A stretch of DNA of 63,257 nt, the filler included, from Perkinsus chesapeaki ATCC PRA-425 (taxonomy: Eukaryota > Protista > Perkinsozoa): assembly GCA_013115145.1 (NCBI GenBank). It is 4 parts of 4 records of this genome, joined end to end, with 100 filler letters (N's around TTAATTAATTAA, not from the genome) between each part and the next. Parts side by side here need not be neighbours in the genome. Positions count along the whole stretch, not along the records: positions 33,577 to 61,928 come from JAAPAO010000475.1; positions 62,029 to 63,257 come from JAAPAO010002090.1; 2 more parts are not named here. One strand, given 5' to 3'. Both the position numbers and the translations under genes were made by a program. Shown here piece by piece: positions 58,801 to 63,257 of this stretch; position 1 is the stretch's first letter, and every line of letters begins with the position of its first letter. A model generated the notes under the pieces. It was not told where the DNA came from, searched no databases, and saw only the letters and a list, made by a program, of their open reading frames with translations.

Positions 58801-61800
58801 GAGAGCCTATTACACAGTGTCCCCCTACATGAGGCTTGAAATTCCTGCTGAGATTCCCCAGCTAGTGACGGTAGCTTCAGCTTTAACTATCTTCAATAGA
58901 TGAGGATCTTCAATAACTATCTCCTTCAAGAGAGCTGGTGCCATCAGTATCTCGCCATACGCATCAGTTTATCGACTGGCGTGTTTATTTCAGGCAATGC
59001 CTGGAGATGTTTTGACTCAACGGGAGATGAGGTTGGCTCTACGAGGAAGTCTAAGGGATAATTACTCCCTCTATCCCGAGCAGGCCGTGCTGCAGGTTAA
59101 GTCGATGATGCGCATGCGTGCAAGTTAAGATATTCCCTCATTGTTTCAGGAGCTCAATGATACCATTAATATGTTGCGCTATAACATTGTCCAGAGCGAA
59201 ATAGTAGCCAAGCTCCGGCCGTCCAGACGAAGCCGCGGTTCTCAGGTTCCGTCGAGCTCACCGGGCGAGGCCCGCATGAGGGTTACACTTACGCAGGAGC
59301 ACATCAGTCAGGGGAAGCCGATTGAGTTGCGGCCGCCATGGGAAGAAGCTACCACGATCAGCGCTGACGAATTTGAGAACGCTGTGGGTAAAGCATGATG
59401 GTACAACGTGAACGACATCAGAGTTTCTGTCCTTTCGTTGGTGTTGGTTAAAGCTTAGATAACCCTGTCAATTTATGCCGGGCGATTAGGGCTTCCTCTG
59501 TACTACTTTCCGTCGCGGTGGAGCTACATTTTCTCCTCGAAGTGTCTCATGTGTACGCGTGGGATTGCGGCTCACAATACTGAAGTTGTTATCGGGTCGA
59601 AGGAAATAAGCTGCAATGTGCGCATATGAATTCTGTATTGTACAAAAAACTCTTGCAGTTGGTAACCTCGGTGGCTCCAGGTGGGATTCAAGTTGACTGT
59701 CGCCGGCTCGGGGGTCCTTAGTGAGGATATGGCGCTCTAACATATGCAATTGAATTCCGTAAGTGACCTGGATTGTATCCCGTTTTGATTTTGAGATGGT
59801 ATCGCCTCATCGAGGCAGCCCACTAAAGATTAGGTTTGGCAATAAGCAGTTCAATGTGAATGCTGGTGAGGAAGAGATCAACGATATGTTCGAGCATCTG
59901 GACCGTTACTATCAAACCGAGTAGGTCATTTTGTTTAATGTTGTCGACTGGAGTTCTTACTCGAGAATAACACCGACACTTCGTTCGCTTTAACTCGTTA
60001 CTTGTAAGTAAGCCGTAAAACCGAAGTTCAATTGATCTACAAATGCGTTTAGAGAAGCAAAGGCGTAGCCTAACACTGGCCGCCATCAAAAAGCTCTGTG
60101 CAGCATTGCCTCAAGCTTTGGGGGTTCTACGTCGGAAGAATTACTGGTCCAGTGTTGGAATTTTGCCACCGAATCGTCACAATTTCTCGGCTATCTCGAG
60201 GTGAGAATTGACAAAATATTACTGGTGAACGCAACAGTCTAGGACGTTGGTCACCTCGGTCACCTCGAGACATGTGTGGTTATTCAGGCACTCTAACAGA
60301 GATCGTAGGAGACGTCATTACAGCCCGCAGCAGATGATAAGGATATGTGAAACCTTGCGCATGCGTGCAGATTATTGTGCAACTCCATCTCCTGTACGCC
60401 TTGCATGTGAACTTCTGAGAACTGCCATTATTGACGTGATTGCCTCGGCCAGTGAGACGGGCCATGCCGATTTTGATAACATCCTTTGTGATGATGATAA
60501 TTGGGTGAGCCTACTTCGTCTTGTTGTCATACCGTGTCATGTGTCTCATGGTTGCATCGAATCGTCGACTTCCTCGTGGGCTCATGAGTCTCGCTACACG
60601 ATTAGTGGAGCCTCTTCACTTGTCTCCATCGATAGCCAGTGTTAGGCTCTCTAGGGGTCGCTTACTACCGCTTACTCACTTAGAAGTCCTTACCCTACAA
60701 AGCTCCAGAACTATAGAAGTCGATCAGAGCTCATGATAGTGTACTGCAGCATATGTTAACCGTAGTCGCGGATCGTGCCAGAACTCGACATCAAAAGTCT
60801 CCGACGCGTAGTCCACGTTTGCTTTTGATGTCTCTGTACGTGGCTTTCTCTCCCAATGCCGGAAACCGCTTCGTTAGTCTACCAAACTTCCGAGAGGCGT
60901 AGTTTGCATAACCTGCAAGTGCAGCAATTGTCTCAACCAACAATGCGGGATTCCGAATGCCACATTTTTCGTATCTAGTTGGCTACGTGTCTCGGGGGTT
61001 CGATGCCACTTGGCGCGCCTGTTGCGTGACGCGACTTGCGTCACAACCGTTGTCCGCGCTGCGTGGAGCGTTCTTGCCATGATTCTATCACGTAGAATGC
61101 GTTATCGAGTTTTATCGTAATTGTGGCATCGTTCTTCGCTACCCACTCGAGACTTGCTCATCTCACACTTAATCTGGTCTTCTTCAGTCTCGCAACACAG
61201 CTGCGCGCCTATCCCAGCAGCAAGTTCAGGAAGCGCTGCTGTGCCTTCGCCGAGAAGTTGGTCTTCTCGAAATGGCGATTAATTACTGCAGAGAAGGCGA
61301 TCAAATCTCTGGCTGCGACAGCCCAGTGCTCGAGATTTCTTTTTCGGGATCGAGGTCTTCTAAGTTGTAAAAGACTGTTTTTTGGCTCATGATTGGGTAC
61401 TTGTGGTTTGGTTTTCTACATCAAACGCGGGTCGAGTTCCTTCACTTGGTCTAGTGAGCCATATGCGCTGACTGCTGGTTTCTGGCTTTAAGAATGAGTT
61501 ATATGGGCGGAAAAGTCCTATGTTACGCTCTTTTAGATTCCCTATAGAGCGTGGTCATACCAGTGATAGTCAGTACCGCATCTACGGGGTGCAGTAATTT
61601 CTCTAAATCGACAGCGGGGTTGCACTGCTAGCTCAGACTTAGCACAGCCTCCTGTACGCAAGGTGAAATCTCTTACGACTGCGATTGATTCGCATTTGAA
61701 TATAGACTGGCTTGTAAACCGGAACCAGGGTGGCTGGAGTTTCCATTCTTTCCTTCCTTTCTTTCCGCAGGAAGGAAGGAAAAATAAAAATCTATTTTTC

Positions 61801-61928
61801 TTTTCAAATGGTAGTGGCGCGCGCTCCGAAGGGGCGCGTTAAAAAATATAAGGAGTGTTGCTTGACGCTAAGGTTTAGTTTATGCGCGAGCTCCCTGTGC
61901 CGGACCAAGTACTATAATAACTCAATAC

Positions 61929-62028
61929 NNNNNNNNNNNNNNNNNNNNNNNNNNNNNNNNNNNNNNNNNNNNTTAATTAATTAANNNNNNNNNNNNNNNN
62001 NNNNNNNNNNNNNNNNNNNNNNNNNNNN
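61929..62028. other. Artificial scaffold linker (44N-TTAATTAATTAA-44N)
   Basis: Same spacer as the other two. Confidence 0.97.
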
Positions 62029-63257
62029 GTAAAGAAATCTGATAAATAGATGGCACTTGAAGCAGCCAAGTCGACCAATCTTACCGAACTTCATCCAGTT
62101 CTTCTTTGTCCTCTAGCAGGCTGATACACGTACCGGCACGACCAAAGCGCCCACAGCGGCCAGACCTGTGCAGGTATCTACAAACCTAGCATGGAACACC
62201 GCGAATTTATTCAAGATATGTTACGTCTCCTTTGCCTCTGGGAGACCAACGTTGATAACGAGGTCAACTTTCTGCCCATCTACGCCACGAGCGAAGACCT
62301 CATCTGTGGCAACGACCACAGCATGCTCGGTGGAGCGAAGAACACGCATGGCAGCATTGCGATCCTCGAAGCCTAATAGCTAATTGCAGAATGACAGTCG
62401 ACGGCGGCTTCCCACTGTGATCTTGAGAAGACTCCATTATTTTGCAATTAGACCCGAGCATGACTTGACGCTGTCGTAAATAGTCTCCGATGACCTTCAC
62501 TAGTTCTACCGATGAGCAGAATACAATGCATTGTTGGAACCTAACGCAAGGAGTCAGAGGGTAGGCGTGATGGTAGAAAGGTGGAAATGAGCAATAACGG
62601 TATTGACTGAGATCAACACGGACTTGCTGAGTTATTTCAGGGCCGAAAAGAGGCAAGCTTAAGGCCACGAGTATGAAACCCAGATTGATGTTGTCTGTTT
62701 ACTTTTCGCCTTCCAAGAGCGTCTGCAAGCCCCAAGGTATGTCACCGTTAACTTCTACTGGCAACACACAAACTGCATGTTTTATGTGCGTAAGAAGAGC
62801 GTTCTCCCTAAACCAAGCTTATACGTAATTAATGACTTGCGAGTGCCTACGTTGGATCAGTGGTATCGCTTCTGCACAGTGCTGCTCGTTGGAACTCTCG
62901 ACAGGCTTTAGGTTCAAGGTATTCCAGTAAGTCCTCAGCATACGGCAGAACCTATCCCCATCGTTGGGCTTTCCAACTGTACAATGCTTACATGTGGTGG
63001 CATTGTGGCTGATGATAAGATTAGTCTGACATCTTGGCAGAGGTAGTGCAATCCTCGAGTGATATAGGTCAGCCACTGAACAACAGGGAGTTATATACAG
63101 AGAACACACTCTATAACACACCAACAGAATGTATGCGGTCAGCTGGCAAGTCTAAATATCGGTACCGAATCCATTCATACCGACACCTTACCTTTCGATC
63201 CCGTGAGCTGTCCAACATCACATCAGCCTCGTCCAACACCAATAAGCCCGCGTCGGC
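62029..63257 (-). CDS. DEAD-box RNA helicase (multi-exon, partial at both ends)
   Basis: LLVLDEADVML (motif II), LILSSATMP (III), QQCIVFCS (IV), VVVATDEVFARGVD (V), T|YLHRSGRCGRFGR (VI). Confidence 0.92.

Overview
This window is not one continuous locus. Three identical 100-nt linkers (44 N + TTAATTAATTAA + 44 N) join four scaffolds of a eukaryotic genome. It is most likely a perkinsozoan alveolate such as Perkinsus, inferred from a Perkinsus/dinoflagellate-type spliced-leader sequence, short GT-AG introns and the gene families present. Scaffold 1 (1-21090) is extremely AT-rich and gene-dense. It encodes an Mrc1/Claspin-like protein, a TBC Rab-GAP, DPH2, a RAP-domain protein, L-threonine dehydrogenase, a Tctex1 dynein light chain, FPP synthase and a 73-aa PDCD4-N-like protein, with GC-richer islands at the heads of gene blocks. 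Scaffold 2 (21191-33476) holds the 3' end of a BEL/Pao-like LTR retrotransposon inserted into a cluster of HET/TIR-like multi-pass membrane genes, plus an F-box/LRR gene. Scaffold 3 (33577-61928) has cathepsin B, two small secreted Cys-rich peptides, an ABHD17-like hydrolase, tRNA-Ser(AGA) and several unidentifiable or decayed genes. Scaffold 4 is part of a DEAD-box helicase gene. The most striking observations are: (i) the retrotransposon appears to end exactly in a 22-nt spliced-leader sequence that supplies the terminal CA of its putative LTR; (ii) its integrase carries an extra Tudor-like domain; (iii) the membrane-embedded HET/TIR-like cluster shows gene conversion confined to the TIR-like core; (iv) five tRNA-3'-half/B-box elements lie near gene starts. 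Exon boundaries were decoded by eye and no database searches were run.
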